Assembly: GCA_021161565.1 (NCBI GenBank)
Contig: JAGHAK010000075.1
Location: forward strand, 1-41,483
DNA length: 41,483 bases
Direction of reading: 5' to 3'
Source: Elusimicrobiota bacterium
GTDB taxonomy: Bacteria > CG03
This document shows positions 41,321 to 41,483 of the stretch, in pieces (the first letter of the stretch is position 1; the number at the start of each line of letters is the position of its first letter). A model generated the notes under the pieces. That model made no database searches. It was not told the origin of the DNA and saw only the letters and a program-made list of their open reading frames with translations. The position numbers and the translations under genes are program-made.

Positions 41321-41483
41321 GAATAACGATAATTTACGACAACACGGTTTACAGGAAAAACCTGAAATCCGACTGGGGTTTTGCCTGTCTTGTGGAGAGT
41401 GAGAACGCGCCGAAAATTCTTTTTGACACAGGGGGAAACGGGGCAATCCTTCTTTCAAATATGGAGCAGATTGGTATTGACCA
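41317..41483 (+). CDS. MBL-fold metallo-hydrolase-like protein, 5' fragment (runs off the window)
   Basis: I hand-translated this: VRITIIYDNTVYRKNLKSDWGFACLVESENAPKILFDTGGNGAILLSNMEQIGID. GTGA overlap with the upstream stop. It is not in the ORF track because no stop is reached. Confidence 0.55.
   Translation, partial: MRITIIYDNTVYRKNLKSDWGFACLVESENAPKILFDTGGNGAILLSNMEQIGID

Overview
This 41.5 kb bacterial window uses the standard genetic code and is moderately AT-rich. It is tightly packed, with many 1-35 nt gene overlaps and ATGA-type start/stop junctions. I can support about 45 protein genes, one tRNA-Val(UAC), several sigma70-like promoters, two intrinsic terminators and one ArsR-type operator.

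Housekeeping content:
- macA/macB-like efflux pump
- RNase G
- murI
- queD-queC-queE, then recA and a XerC/D recombinase
- cyclophilin-lysA-dapF-dapA-dapB-mfd
- nadE
- yggS

Content that looks unusual:
1. Two adjacent giant coiled-coil proteins (1154 and 1202 aa) with no recognisable enzymatic domain. One has no proline and the other has a single proline. They follow a 260 nt GC-rich multi-hairpin element. This is my best candidate for an undescribed system, possibly a cytoskeletal, ruler or tether function.
2. A compact cassette behind three tandem 17-bp TTGACAAAAGAAAGCAA repeats. It encodes an excisionase-type HTH protein, an unannotated 39-aa (V/T)AKKK-repeat peptide and a 98-aa internally duplicated lysine-tailed protein.
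3. A cluster of a pilin-like protein, a pseudo-receiver/TM/FlgD-Ig protein and a HAMP protein.
4. An ArsR-controlled redox/ABC cluster whose permease gene has lost its middle section.

The lineage looks like an uncultivated, pseudopilin-rich bacterium. That is inference only. All family calls come from motifs I read in the translations, and no database search was run.
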